Positions 9,493 to 18,020 of a stretch of DNA of 64,000 bases are shown piece after piece. How positions within the stretch are numbered: position 1 is the first letter of the stretch; every line of letters starts with the position of its first letter. Location: the UHGV virus genome UHGV-0229283. One strand, given 5' to 3'. The stretch comes from a virus. A model generated the notes under the pieces. The model had not been told where the DNA came from. It made no database searches and was given only the letters and a program-made list of their open reading frames with translations. Position numbers and translations under genes: made by a program.

Positions 9493-9538
9493 CAATTATT
9501 TTCTAAGAATATCCCCTGAAACTGTTTTCACATTACCT

Positions 9539-9730
9539 TCAATAAACTTCTGTTCTGGTCTCACCACTTTTAATGATCCTCGCTTTTTGGGCATGATAGA
9601 CAAACTGTTTGTTCTCTTTAACAAACTTTTTGCCCTGTTCTTCGTCTTCGAAAATCAAGGTATCACACTCGGTGAAAGAATGTCCAGGCCTTTTTTCAAC
9701 AGACCGCGTTGTGGCTACAATGAGGGACAT
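9539..9730 (-). CDS. hypothetical protein
   Basis: 63-aa ORF with a TAATG overlap to the RNA ligase gene. Confidence 0.45.
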   Translation of the reverse strand: MSLIVATTRSVEKRPGHSFTECDTLIFEDEEQGKKFVKENKQFVYHAQKARIIKSGETRTEVY

Positions 9731-10716
9731 TAGCCCTCCTCACTCAGACGAGTCATGTACCATGCACGAGCTTTGTTGCTGATAAACTTGCCAACATCTT
9801 TCATGGTCATGGAGCTGGCTTCCAGAACATCACCCTCTTCCTTGTTGATGTCTCGGTTAATCCACCCAATGAATTCACCGATCTTAGTCTTGTCAAGACC
9901 GACTTCGCTGACACCCTGCTCAAGACGTGCTTCCGTCACAGCGTACTCAACGAACTCACGCATACTTGCGAGGCGTTCTGGGTCGATTGCCGCCAGGGTC
10001 TTAACTTTGGATACAGAGTGTTTATCACCTTTGACTTTAAACCACAGGCCAGAGATTTTAGAAAGCTCAGGATCTTTTGGAGACCAGACAATGCCTTCAC
10101 CGATACCTTCTACGCCAAAGAACTTACCTGCCGGGCATTTGTTTTCCACTTCACGAGTCAGTTCTGCCAGGTCATTCTGGACAAGTTCCGGCTCATTGAA
10201 TGGGATATTAGCCATCCAGTAACCGAAGTCAAGGATACTGTAGATACGAGCATCCGGCAATCCAATTCCAAACTGGAACGTTGGTGGTAGCCAGTTGAGG
10301 GTATCCGTTGCCTCATCCCGTCCCACAGCCACACGGAAGATAGCAAAGAACGGCTCTACTTCAGTGATGGCAACACCTTTCTGAATGCCACGCCCAGCCC
10401 ATTCACCAGCAATTTCAACCGGGAACTGGAACTCGACGTCATTGACTTCACACAGGTATTTAACCTGTGAAAGCAACTCTGCGGTGTCTTTTCGAGACAT
10501 GAAGGCCGCGAAGCCATTGTTATCGTCGCCTACAGTCACGACACGCTCTTTGGACTGGAAGACAACTTCATCCTCAGAGTGGAATACCACACTGCCATTA
10601 GTGCCGTGAAGCTTAACCGTACCGATGTACGGGATCAGGTACGCTTCCGGTGGCAACACCTTTCGCTTGATATTACCCTCTTCATCAATACCGTCGAACG
10701 TCAGTTTATCATGCAT
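9730..10716 (-). CDS. RNA ligase, Rnl2 family
   Basis: Nucleotidyltransferase motif I is KLHGTN (T4 Rnl2 has KIHGTN). The start is set at MHDKLTF so the lysine sits at the T4-like position. An alternative longer start lies at 10821. Confidence 0.6.
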   Translation of the reverse strand: MHDKLTFDGIDEEGNIKRKVLPPEAYLIPYIGTVKLHGTNGSVVFHSEDEVVFQSKERVVTVGDDNNGFAAFMSRKDTAELLSQVKYLCEVNDVEFQFPVEIAGEWAGRGIQKGVAITEVEPFFAIFRVAVGRDEATDTLNWLPPTFQFGIGLPDARIYSILDFGYWMANIPFNEPELVQNDLAELTREVENKCPAGKFFGVEGIGEGIVWSPKDPELSKISGLWFKVKGDKHSVSKVKTLAAIDPERLASMREFVEYAVTEARLEQGVSEVGLDKTKIGEFIGWINRDINKEEGDVLEASSMTMKDVGKFISNKARAWYMTRLSEEG

Positions 10717-10756
10717 GGTGCGGATAACCTGACGGAACTGTGCGGTGCTTGGGTAT

Positions 10757-10990
10757 TTAATTGGTTTTGTCAATTTTATTCTCCTCAAATAATTTGCTAA
10801 TGTGTCCGCCAGAAAGTTCAAGAACTACATATCTTTGTTGGTCATCAAAATACTGCTTCCCACCCCATGTTGCGTGGACAAGATTCCACGCATTCTTGGC
10901 AGCGCCAGAGCTAATCCATCCAATCTTGGCTTTGTGGTTCCAGAGGCATCTGTCAACAGTGTCATAGATGACAAAAACCAATTTACTCAT
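10757..10990 (-). CDS. hypothetical protein
   Basis: ORF 10757..11014 trimmed to MSKLVFVIY, which has a GGAGGG Shine-Dalgarno. Confidence 0.4.
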   Translation of the reverse strand: MSKLVFVIYDTVDRCLWNHKAKIGWISSGAAKNAWNLVHATWGGKQYFDDQQRYVVLELSGGHISKLFEENKIDKTN

Positions 10991-11171
10991 CAGGACCCTC
11001 CAGCTTCCAGCCACGACTATTCAGCCATTCGTCAATCTGAATACCCGTGCCGTCACCACTTGGTTTCTCTACCCCAAGTAGTAGTATGGCAAAGCTCTGA
11101 CCACGAGGGGCGTTATAGGTTAACACCGTATTACCCACATAAAGGTCGATCTTTTTGGTATGTGCTACCAT
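10983..11171 (-). CDS. hypothetical small protein
   Basis: ORF 10983..11306 trimmed to MVAHTKK so that it starts just after the macro-gene stop. Confidence 0.3.
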   Translation of the reverse strand: MVAHTKKIDLYVGNTVLTYNAPRGQSFAILLLGVEKPSGDGTGIQIDEWLNSRGWKLEGPDE

Positions 11172-11179
11172 ACCGTCTC

Positions 11180-11791
11180 TCAATTTAACCACGATAATCC
11201 AGTCCCCCCTGTGGATAATCCACATTTTGTCATTTCCCGAATGGCAGCGATCTGTTCTGATGTCAGAGGGCCGTCGTCTGGAGGGTAGTAACCAGGGATT
11301 TCCCATTCTTTCAAGACATAAACTGTCACATCACAATCAAAGAAGATTGATTTGATCATTGCCTCGATGACGTTCCAGTCACCGCCTGCAAGGCCCGCAC
11401 CAATTTTAGGGAAGCCAATTTTGTAGTCAGCCATAGAACCGTCTGTAAAGCTCTGTAAGAGCTTTTTCATTTCAACCATCGAATCATACAAGGCATTGTA
11501 GTCGAGGTCCCTGAGGCCCTGTTTACGGAGAGTATAGCCATATTGTGAGTACAGATTAAACCCTGCGACTGTACCGTCCTTCAGGAAGGCCATTGTATAG
11601 GTTCCAAGTTTGGCTTTATCACCCTTCTCGGTCTTGAGATCCGCAGCGTACATTTTGGGGAACGCTTCTTTGACCAACGGGGCGATACCCCTGCCCATAG
11701 CGCAATGGCAATTACAACCGTGAGCGAACACGTTAACTTCACCGTTCTTAACGGCCTCGATCAGGTCTCCAACTTTATATTTCAAGCTCAT
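11180..11791 (-). CDS. macro-domain (ADP-ribose binding/processing)-like protein
   Basis: Carries an HGCNCHCAMGRGIA motif typical of macro-domain proteins. Confidence 0.5.
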   Translation of the reverse strand: MSLKYKVGDLIEAVKNGEVNVFAHGCNCHCAMGRGIAPLVKEAFPKMYAADLKTEKGDKAKLGTYTMAFLKDGTVAGFNLYSQYGYTLRKQGLRDLDYNALYDSMVEMKKLLQSFTDGSMADYKIGFPKIGAGLAGGDWNVIEAMIKSIFFDCDVTVYVLKEWEIPGYYPPDDGPLTSEQIAAIREMTKCGLSTGGTGLSWLN

Positions 11792-11964
11792 TTACAACTC
11801 CTCTCTTTAAACTCTTTCATGGATTCAATAGCATCCGAACGATTTTTCGCGCAGACAACAAACACCCGATGACGTCGATAGGTGTATCCTGCCATAACAC
11901 AGTCGGCGGTGTCAAGCCACCAACACTCGTTTAGTTCAGAAGCCGGGAATTTGAATTTTGCCAT
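11788..11964 (-). CDS. hypothetical small protein (58 aa)
   Basis: Unlisted ORF MAKFKFPASELNECWW... with a GGAGAGAAAAG Shine-Dalgarno. Its stop overlaps the macro-gene start in an ATGA arrangement. Confidence 0.35.
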   Translation of the reverse strand: MAKFKFPASELNECWWLDTADCVMAGYTYRRHRVFVVCAKNRSDAIESMKEFKERSCK

Positions 11965-12112
11965 CTTTTCTCTCCACGTAATAAGGTAATCGCTTGATCA
12001 AGTCTTGAGGAGCACCATTTTCTGTCCAAGTGAGGCCTTGGTCACCAGAAACATAGCCTTTACCGTTAACAAACTTGCGCCAGATATTACGAAACTGGTT
12101 TTTGTAGATCAT
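11936..12112 (-). CDS. hypothetical small protein
   Basis: ORF 11936..12142 trimmed to MIYKNQF, giving an ATGA overlap with the upstream gene. Confidence 0.35.
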   Translation of the reverse strand: MIYKNQFRNIWRKFVNGKGYVSGDQGLTWTENGAPQDLIKRLPYYVERKDGKIQIPGF

Positions 12113-12363
12113 TCGATCACACTCCAGCCTTCGTCCTGCCATGCTTCACCACGATACCAGTCTGCCATAGGGCAACCGTCTTCTGCGTAGATACGCCCAT
12201 CAACCATTTCGAACCATTCATCAGAAGTGAAATATTGGTTACGGATACGTTTACCTTCACGCATGGCCTGCTTTGCTTGTTCCCAGGTTAAACAATGCAT
12301 ATCAATCATCCTTTCCGAATTTAACAACGTCTTCGTAGGACAACCCCGAACGAAGAAGAGCAT
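12109..12363 (-). CDS. hypothetical protein
   Basis: 84-aa ORF. Confidence 0.45.
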   Translation of the reverse strand: MLFFVRGCPTKTLLNSERMIDMHCLTWEQAKQAMREGKRIRNQYFTSDEWFEMVDGRIYAEDGCPMADWYRGEAWQDEGWSVIE

Positions 12364-12664
12364 CTTTAACTTTTTGTTTTTTCTCTTGCAAAACCTGCAA
12401 GTTTGATTTTACAACACCTTTGAAAGAACCACCTTCATAACAGGGGGGTTCGATCTCCGCAATCAAGTGATTAAGATCTGATTCTGGAGTTGCTTCAATG
12501 ACCAAGCTATTCTCAACGTCAATCCAGTATTGGTAGTGAGCGTGTTTGCCAATACTTTCCAGGAATTTGATTGCATGTGCCGGACTGTTTGCCTTTACGT
12601 AACCAAGTAGTTTAGTTGTACGGCCTTCGCAATCACCTTCGGTAGTAACTTTGTAAATTTGCAT
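12302..12664 (-). CDS. hypothetical protein
   Basis: 120-aa ORF. Confidence 0.5.
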   Translation of the reverse strand: MQIYKVTTEGDCEGRTTKLLGYVKANSPAHAIKFLESIGKHAHYQYWIDVENSLVIEATPESDLNHLIAEIEPPCYEGGSFKGVVKSNLQVLQEKKQKVKDALLRSGLSYEDVVKFGKDD

Positions 12665-12725
12665 GAGTCTATCCTCGTTTTGTTTGATACATGAAGAATA
12701 ACAGCCCCAAGAGGGGCTGTCAATA

Positions 12726-13922
12726 TTATTTTCCTTCGATAAGCTTAATATCTTCAGCGTAGTTGACCTGGAAGTCTGCCATAATTTTCATTATGATGGG
12801 CTTTGCCTTCAACAAACGTGCAGGAAGCTTGTCACGGTTGCTTGCAGTGGTCAACAGCGCCTTACCGAATGCATTTTCCTTGATGAACGACAAGAAAATA
12901 GAGCTTACGAAGTCTCGGTTCTGGTCCATAAAGTGATCATAAAGATACTGTAGGAAGTTTCCAGAGAATTCAATAATCTGGTCATCCGTGTAGTTGGTAT
13001 CTGCAATAGCCTTACGCAACCAAATAGCGCCTTCTGAACCCAAAATCCACAGGCTATCGGATGGAAGGTCTCCAGGATCTTGGGCAGTACCGTTCATAAC
13101 GTCTTCGATCGGGACCATATTACGAATCTTAGTGTGGTATGCCCACAGTTCAGCCATTAAAGGTGTGCCAATGAAGCCCTGAAGAGCAACCTTAGCCAGG
13201 TTGGCAGGCAGCAAATTAGCATCGTAATCGTACAATACATCACTGGCGTAAGTTAAAGTACGCGGTGTGGCGAAAGAAGGACACCCGATATCCAGCATTT
13301 CTTCATAGTTTTCAATAGCACTGTTCTTACGAGACAGAAAACCAATGATTGACGAATGAATACCGTTCTGCATGGCATAGTCTTCGATGAAGACCGATGC
13401 GCTATAGGTAAGCTCTACCAGCATCATACGGTTAGCCAAAGGAGCTTCCAGTGCAGTCACGGCAGTACCATCCCCAGCACGGTTACCCGCAGCAACCAGT
13501 ACAGCCCCTTCAGGGAACTGGTAGGTCCCGATTCGACGGTCCAGCATGATTTGGAATGCCAGTTTCTGAAGGTAAGGCTCTGCGTGGAGAAGCTCATCAA
13601 GAAACACAATACCTTTCCAGTTAGGATCACGGGGCCAGAAATCCGGCAAGGCGTACACTGTGCGAGTAACACCATTGTCATCGGTGTATGGAATCTGCAC
13701 CCCGGTGAGGTCAGTGTTATCTTTATCAGCCAAGCGGAAGTCTACCAGGTTATCACCAGGCCCGAAAAGAGAGTCTGCTATTTGCTTCACGGCCTGACTT
13801 TTACCAATACCTGCCCCACCGAAGATCATCAGTGAACGTTTGTGACGCTGGCAAAATTGTACGAGTGGTGGAAGATCTCGCAAAGTGATCCAGTTACCAG
13901 AAAAGATATTACGACTTGACAT
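12726..13922 (-). CDS. AAA+ ATPase, MoxR/AAA_5-like
   Basis: Walker A GGAGIGKSQ and Walker B IVFLDELLH. The start is moved to MSSRNIF, which follows AGGAGA at a 6-nt spacing. Confidence 0.7.
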   Translation of the reverse strand: MSSRNIFSGNWITLRDLPPLVQFCQRHKRSLMIFGGAGIGKSQAVKQIADSLFGPGDNLVDFRLADKDNTDLTGVQIPYTDDNGVTRTVYALPDFWPRDPNWKGIVFLDELLHAEPYLQKLAFQIMLDRRIGTYQFPEGAVLVAAGNRAGDGTAVTALEAPLANRMMLVELTYSASVFIEDYAMQNGIHSSIIGFLSRKNSAIENYEEMLDIGCPSFATPRTLTYASDVLYDYDANLLPANLAKVALQGFIGTPLMAELWAYHTKIRNMVPIEDVMNGTAQDPGDLPSDSLWILGSEGAIWLRKAIADTNYTDDQIIEFSGNFLQYLYDHFMDQNRDFVSSIFLSFIKENAFGKALLTTASNRDKLPARLLKAKPIIMKIMADFQVNYAEDIKLIEGK

Positions 13923-13985
13923 TATTTGTCTCCTGTAAATGAAATTCGGGAGAAGGATACATTTGATCCTCCCCCATTGCAATGA

Positions 13986-14363
13986 TTATTTATCCACCCA
14001 TACGCGATTTTCATCACACCAATCATAAAAATCTTTCATGATGTCGTTGAATTCCCGCAAGGGTGTATAATGGCGAATAGGATCAGCATCATACCCCTCA
14101 TTTTCACATTCTGCAATAGAGGCTAGCCAATCCGGGTATGTTGGAACATCCCGGAAATAGCCAATTATATCACACAGCTCATAATCGCAGCCATTATCCC
14201 AGTTGTCGTAGTTTGACTCGCGAGGGAATTTCCGTTCAAGACGGCGGGCTATCTCTTTAGCAAGCTCATGCACCGTTTTATCTGTCCAGTCTTCCCGACC
14301 ACATTCACCACTCCGCTTATCCCAGATGTCGCGGAGGTCCAGAGTTGTTTTCCAGTTAGGCAT
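13986..14363 (-). CDS. hypothetical protein
   Basis: The ORF-track start is GTG. The start is moved to MPNWKTT, which has an AAGGAGAGG Shine-Dalgarno. Confidence 0.45.
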   Translation of the reverse strand: MPNWKTTLDLRDIWDKRSGECGREDWTDKTVHELAKEIARRLERKFPRESNYDNWDNGCDYELCDIIGYFRDVPTYPDWLASIAECENEGYDADPIRHYTPLREFNDIMKDFYDWCDENRVWVDK

Positions 14364-14514
14364 TGTTCCTCTCCTTATATCTTCCTCGCCAAGGGCCGAA
14401 ACGCCCACATTTTAGACATTCCCAGCTGCGTTGCCCGTAAATGATGATCTTGCCGATTTCTTTATTTCGACAATTTGGGCAAGAGTATACTATCTTACCA
14501 CCTTTAGACAGCAT
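14356..14514 (-). CDS. zinc-ribbon mini-protein (52 aa)
   Basis: Unlisted ORF MLSKGGKIVYSCPNC...CLKCG with an AAGGTGA Shine-Dalgarno. It is translationally coupled to both neighbours. Confidence 0.35.
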   Translation of the reverse strand: MLSKGGKIVYSCPNCRNKEIGKIIIYGQRSWECLKCGRFGPWRGRYKERNNA

Positions 14515-14995
14515 TTTTCACCTTCCTCAACTCGAATTCATCGCCATAGCCTATCATATGGCCTTTGGCCGTGATCACCTTTTCTCCAAACACACTGCCA
14601 GTGCATTTACCAATGAAAACTTCTGGCATATCTTCTTCTGAAAGAAGAATATCCACAGTAAATTTACCATGATAGTGCCTTGCGTTGTAATGCGGCCCTT
14701 CATCATCTGTTTTATACCAGTATTTACCATTCCAGCGGTATTTGTTATGCCTGTACCATACATATGACCCCCAGGTGTCTTGTGCTATATGGTCCACTTT
14801 GGTAGTAATAAGTCGGCCTGTATTACGAAGTAGCTCGTCATATTGCTTTTCGTAAACTTCCACACGATTTTTCATACTGTTGTAATAGTTCTGGTAACGA
14901 TCAGCTCTGTTGACCATAACCCTGAGAAGGTTCTCAATAGGCGTACCTTTCTCAAGATGTTCTTCATAAAGTTGTTGACTTGTTTTGCTTTCCAT
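14504..14995 (-). CDS. hypothetical protein
   Basis: The start is moved to MESKTSQQ, which has an AAGGAGA Shine-Dalgarno at a 7-nt spacing. Confidence 0.5.
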   Translation of the reverse strand: MESKTSQQLYEEHLEKGTPIENLLRVMVNRADRYQNYYNSMKNRVEVYEKQYDELLRNTGRLITTKVDHIAQDTWGSYVWYRHNKYRWNGKYWYKTDDEGPHYNARHYHGKFTVDILLSEEDMPEVFIGKCTGSVFGEKVITAKGHMIGYGDEFELRKVKNAV

Positions 14996-15015
14996 ATCAA
15001 ATCTCCTTAAGAAAT

Positions 15016-15201
15016 TCATGACAAATACCATTTAAAACCACAGTTCGGGCAACAAGGTTCCTTAATCCGAAGCTGATCGGGGGCCTTTACAGGAGCATCT
15101 TTCAGGTTATAAGTCGAAAAACATCTCGCACATACTACAACCTTGTCAGGAATTTCCATTTCGAACCAAGGAAGGCCATTTAATTTTTTCGTAATGATCA
15201 T
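15016..15201 (-). CDS. zinc-ribbon mini-protein
   Basis: 61 aa with CARC...CCPNCG. ATGA overlap with the upstream gene. Confidence 0.45.
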   Translation of the reverse strand: MIITKKLNGLPWFEMEIPDKVVVCARCFSTYNLKDAPVKAPDQLRIKEPCCPNCGFKWYLS

Positions 15202-15707
15202 AATGTAGCCAACATGTTGATCGCTTCGTGGTGTTCTTTCATCTTTGTCAGACGAAGATACATGTCATGATACTTACGGACACGTAACAAATCCTTATCT
15301 GTCAGGCCTTTCAGGCGACGAACATCAGAGTTATGGCGCAGGTCTGCAAGCTTCACACGTACCGCATCATAGTTTTGGGCCAGGCGGTTAAAATACTCTT
15401 CCGGTGTCTGATTAGGGGTTTTCGTCAGAAGAACCACAGCATCCTTCACACGGTTCGAGAAGCCTAGCAGAACCAGATCCGCAGCGGTAACATCGGTGTC
15501 TTCAACCACATCATGAAGCGCGGCGATAGCCATAAGCTGAAAATCATCGGTCTTCAGGTAGTGCATTACCTTCAGCGGATGAAGGATGTACGGGTTACCA
15601 CCCTTATCTTTCTGATTCAGGTGGCCTTCTGCTGCAATTTTAATTGCTAAAGCAAGTTCTTGGGCCGGACTTAAAGCTTGAATACAACTCTTGTCTGTTG
15701 ATACCAT
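15198..15707 (-). CDS. HD-domain (p)ppGpp hydrolase-like protein (SpoT/RelA HD, small alarmone hydrolase)
   Basis: HLNQKDKGGNPYILHP...LHDVVEDT match the SpoT HD-domain signature. AGAGGAAG Shine-Dalgarno. Confidence 0.65.
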   Translation of the reverse strand: MVSTDKSCIQALSPAQELALAIKIAAEGHLNQKDKGGNPYILHPLKVMHYLKTDDFQLMAIAALHDVVEDTDVTAADLVLLGFSNRVKDAVVLLTKTPNQTPEEYFNRLAQNYDAVRVKLADLRHNSDVRRLKGLTDKDLLRVRKYHDMYLRLTKMKEHHEAINMLATL

Positions 15708-16666
15708 TTGACAGCTTCCTCTAGGTTAAAGGGTTTTATGTTCAGTCTATCGAAAGATTTTACGTTGTCAAGCCAAAATTCATCTTCATACCCTGCGATC
15801 GACATCATCATCAGTTCTTCTTCTGTTGGGGAGTCCCCCTCCATCATACTCTGTAACTTGGGGTCATATTCCAAGTGGAACATTGTTTCTTTCGGGGAAC
15901 AAACGAACATTGCCTTACGTGCCTTATTAGCGATCTTTCTGTTCATGATGTTGATAACCGAATGATTCAGTTGGCTACAAACACGATCGAACGCTGAAGG
16001 CTCAAGATAGTCAGAGTAAAGAACCAAATCACCACTGATAATCCTTACATTTTTAAGGGTGAATCTCTCCCCATTATGGGCCATCCAAGATTGGATAGGG
16101 GCATTTTTTTGATAGCCGGTGTATTCGACAACCAAACGGAGATCAAGATCATCTCCGTGTGACATCCCTACCAAAAGCTGCTTTACACACTCAAGAAAAT
16201 ACTTAGTATGGTAGTTAAAATTCCAGAACCCACTAAGAAATGCTTCGCCAAAACCATGACCGTGAATATTGATAGAGACTGTTTCTGCGAAGCGATGTGT
16301 CCAAGGGTCACCACCCGTAATATGTGTTTGGTGGTCTATTTCCATACGTGAAACATTTGTCTTCCGATTCATATCAAAACTATAATCCATGACATCCCCT
16401 GGAAGCCATTGCCAATAAAAAGGGCTACCATGCGTAGGAAGTTTATCAAGACATGACAAAACTATTTCCAATATCGGGTTAGAGTCCTGTACCCCTTGGA
16501 GATAATCTCTAAAGCGGGTGATGGGATTGTCAACATATTTGTCCATCTCAAGAGTTGACAGAAATCTCTCTTGAGCAGCCGCCTTCCCTTGTAACAACTT
16601 ATCTATGAAATCCCGCTCCTCATCCCAAGTATAGTTTGGTTTTACATTAATATCTACTTTGCTCAT
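15671..16666 (-). CDS. hypothetical protein
   Basis: Long ORF trimmed to MSKVDINV. His- and Asp-rich segments (HGHGFGE, SHGDD) hint at a metal-dependent hydrolase, but this is weak. Confidence 0.45.
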   Translation of the reverse strand: MSKVDINVKPNYTWDEERDFIDKLLQGKAAAQERFLSTLEMDKYVDNPITRFRDYLQGVQDSNPILEIVLSCLDKLPTHGSPFYWQWLPGDVMDYSFDMNRKTNVSRMEIDHQTHITGGDPWTHRFAETVSINIHGHGFGEAFLSGFWNFNYHTKYFLECVKQLLVGMSHGDDLDLRLVVEYTGYQKNAPIQSWMAHNGERFTLKNVRIISGDLVLYSDYLEPSAFDRVCSQLNHSVINIMNRKIANKARKAMFVCSPKETMFHLEYDPKLQSMMEGDSPTEEELMMMSIAGYEDEFWLDNVKSFDRLNIKPFNLEEAVKWYQQTRVVFKL

Positions 16667-16731
16667 AATCTCACTTACCCTCTTATACAAATAATGAACA
16701 AAGATACACCGCCACTTTTTAGAAATCAAGG

Positions 16732-16760
16732 GTTGACAACTCTTTTCCGAATGGTGATAA
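16732..16760 (+). promoter_or_regulatory. sigma70-like promoter for the rightward block
   Basis: TTGACA, a 17-nt spacer, then GATAAT, upstream of the gene at 16800. Confidence 0.4.
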
Positions 16761-16799
16761 TCACCTTACTAAGAACGGGTAAGACCCAAGGAGTTAGAA

Positions 16800-17711
16800 A
16801 TGTTTGATGTTAAAAAGAAATTTACCAACAGCGAGATTAAAAGTCTAGAAGAACGGTATCATAAAAAGGTAGAACGCACAAAGAAAAGGGGTTTAGAATT
16901 CTCCTTGACCCTTGATGACTGGTTCATGATGGGAGAAAAGCTTTTGGGCATTGGCCCGTGCGACTACACCAATATGAACTTTAGCACGAGGTCGGTACAT
17001 GGCGAAAAAGACCCATTGTATCCGACAGTTGAGCGCATTGACGATAAGAAAGGTTATGTTCGTGGAAATGTATGCGTTGTCTTGCAAAGAGCCAATGAAT
17101 TGAAAGATCGTTTGGTTGACAAGAAAACAGCCATCACTATAATTGATCCGCTAGACCGTGAGATTGTGCAGGCTATGATGCTGAATATGTCTAAAGACCA
17201 TCTCGAAAAACTGAAAACTAAATATATCCCACAACAGGAGACAAAAATGGACATGAAAGAACACATGGCAGAAGTAGAAAAGAATCACAACACCGACTAC
17301 AAAGAGCTTGCTGAACACGAACACAAACAACCGCCTGCGGCAGAAGAAACCACTGCACCTGTGGAAGTGGAGGCTGAACCGAAAGAAGCTATCAGTGTTG
17401 CACTGCCAGAAGATGTAGCTGTTGCGCTTGCCTATGCAAATTACTGCAATACTTTTGCAAATGTCGGTATGAAAGTAAGTGTGACATATGCTCAGTTCAA
17501 GGCCAAATATATTCGCAGCACCTGCGCAATGACCGGAGAGAAGCTTACTGGTGAGCCTAAATCCATTCTGATTCTGGATCTTAACATTGGCTTTGCCAAA
17601 GATAATTTCATCATCGTTTCCAAGAAAATGGAAACGGCTATGACTCAACTGATGATCCAGACGGGCCTTAGCCTGCCAAAAGTTACAGCAATGCTGAACA
17701 AGGTGGTGTAA
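16800..17711 (+). CDS. hypothetical protein
   Basis: 303-aa ORF, the first gene of a plus-strand block that diverges from the leftward operon. Confidence 0.55.
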   Translation: MFDVKKKFTNSEIKSLEERYHKKVERTKKRGLEFSLTLDDWFMMGEKLLGIGPCDYTNMNFSTRSVHGEKDPLYPTVERIDDKKGYVRGNVCVVLQRANELKDRLVDKKTAITIIDPLDREIVQAMMLNMSKDHLEKLKTKYIPQQETKMDMKEHMAEVEKNHNTDYKELAEHEHKQPPAAEETTAPVEVEAEPKEAISVALPEDVAVALAYANYCNTFANVGMKVSVTYAQFKAKYIRSTCAMTGEKLTGEPKSILILDLNIGFAKDNFIIVSKKMETAMTQLMIQTGLSLPKVTAMLNKVV

Positions 17712-17971
17712 TGTACGAGGATATCTTGGGCAGGCCAGCATCCCCTCCAGAGCAAAAAATGCTGAATGCTGGCTTCAGGCCGGGTCTTAGTTTCGGGGAT
17801 CTGGTAGAGACTTTCACAGAGAACGCGATTCGCGGAGCTATTGATGGGATCGTCTTGTTTGCTGTTCCTCACCTTCCTGGAGCGCCGGGTCCGCAATTGG
17901 CCTGGGGTTTCAGGATTGAAGGGATAGATGAATTTTTACCCCAAATTGCATTGCAAAGGGTGATGAATTAA
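17711..17971 (+). CDS. hypothetical protein
   Basis: 86 aa. Confidence 0.45.
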   Translation: MYEDILGRPASPPEQKMLNAGFRPGLSFGDLVETFTENAIRGAIDGIVLFAVPHLPGAPGPQLAWGFRIEGIDEFLPQIALQRVMN

Positions 17972-17974
17972 CCT

Positions 17975-18008
17975 ATAATAAGGCCATCGTAACTGATGGC
18001 CTTTTTTC
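17975..18008 (+). terminator. rho-independent terminator
   Basis: AAGGCCATCGTAACTGATGGCCTT followed by TTTTTC. Confidence 0.55.
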
Positions 18009-18020
18009 TTGGAGAAGAAA

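Noticed and set aside
17151-17741. 196-aa minus-strand ORF inside the plus-strand gene 16800..17711
   Set aside because: It is antisense to a gene that has its own promoter and Shine-Dalgarno, and its translation is Cys- and Phe-rich and odd. It is likely spurious.
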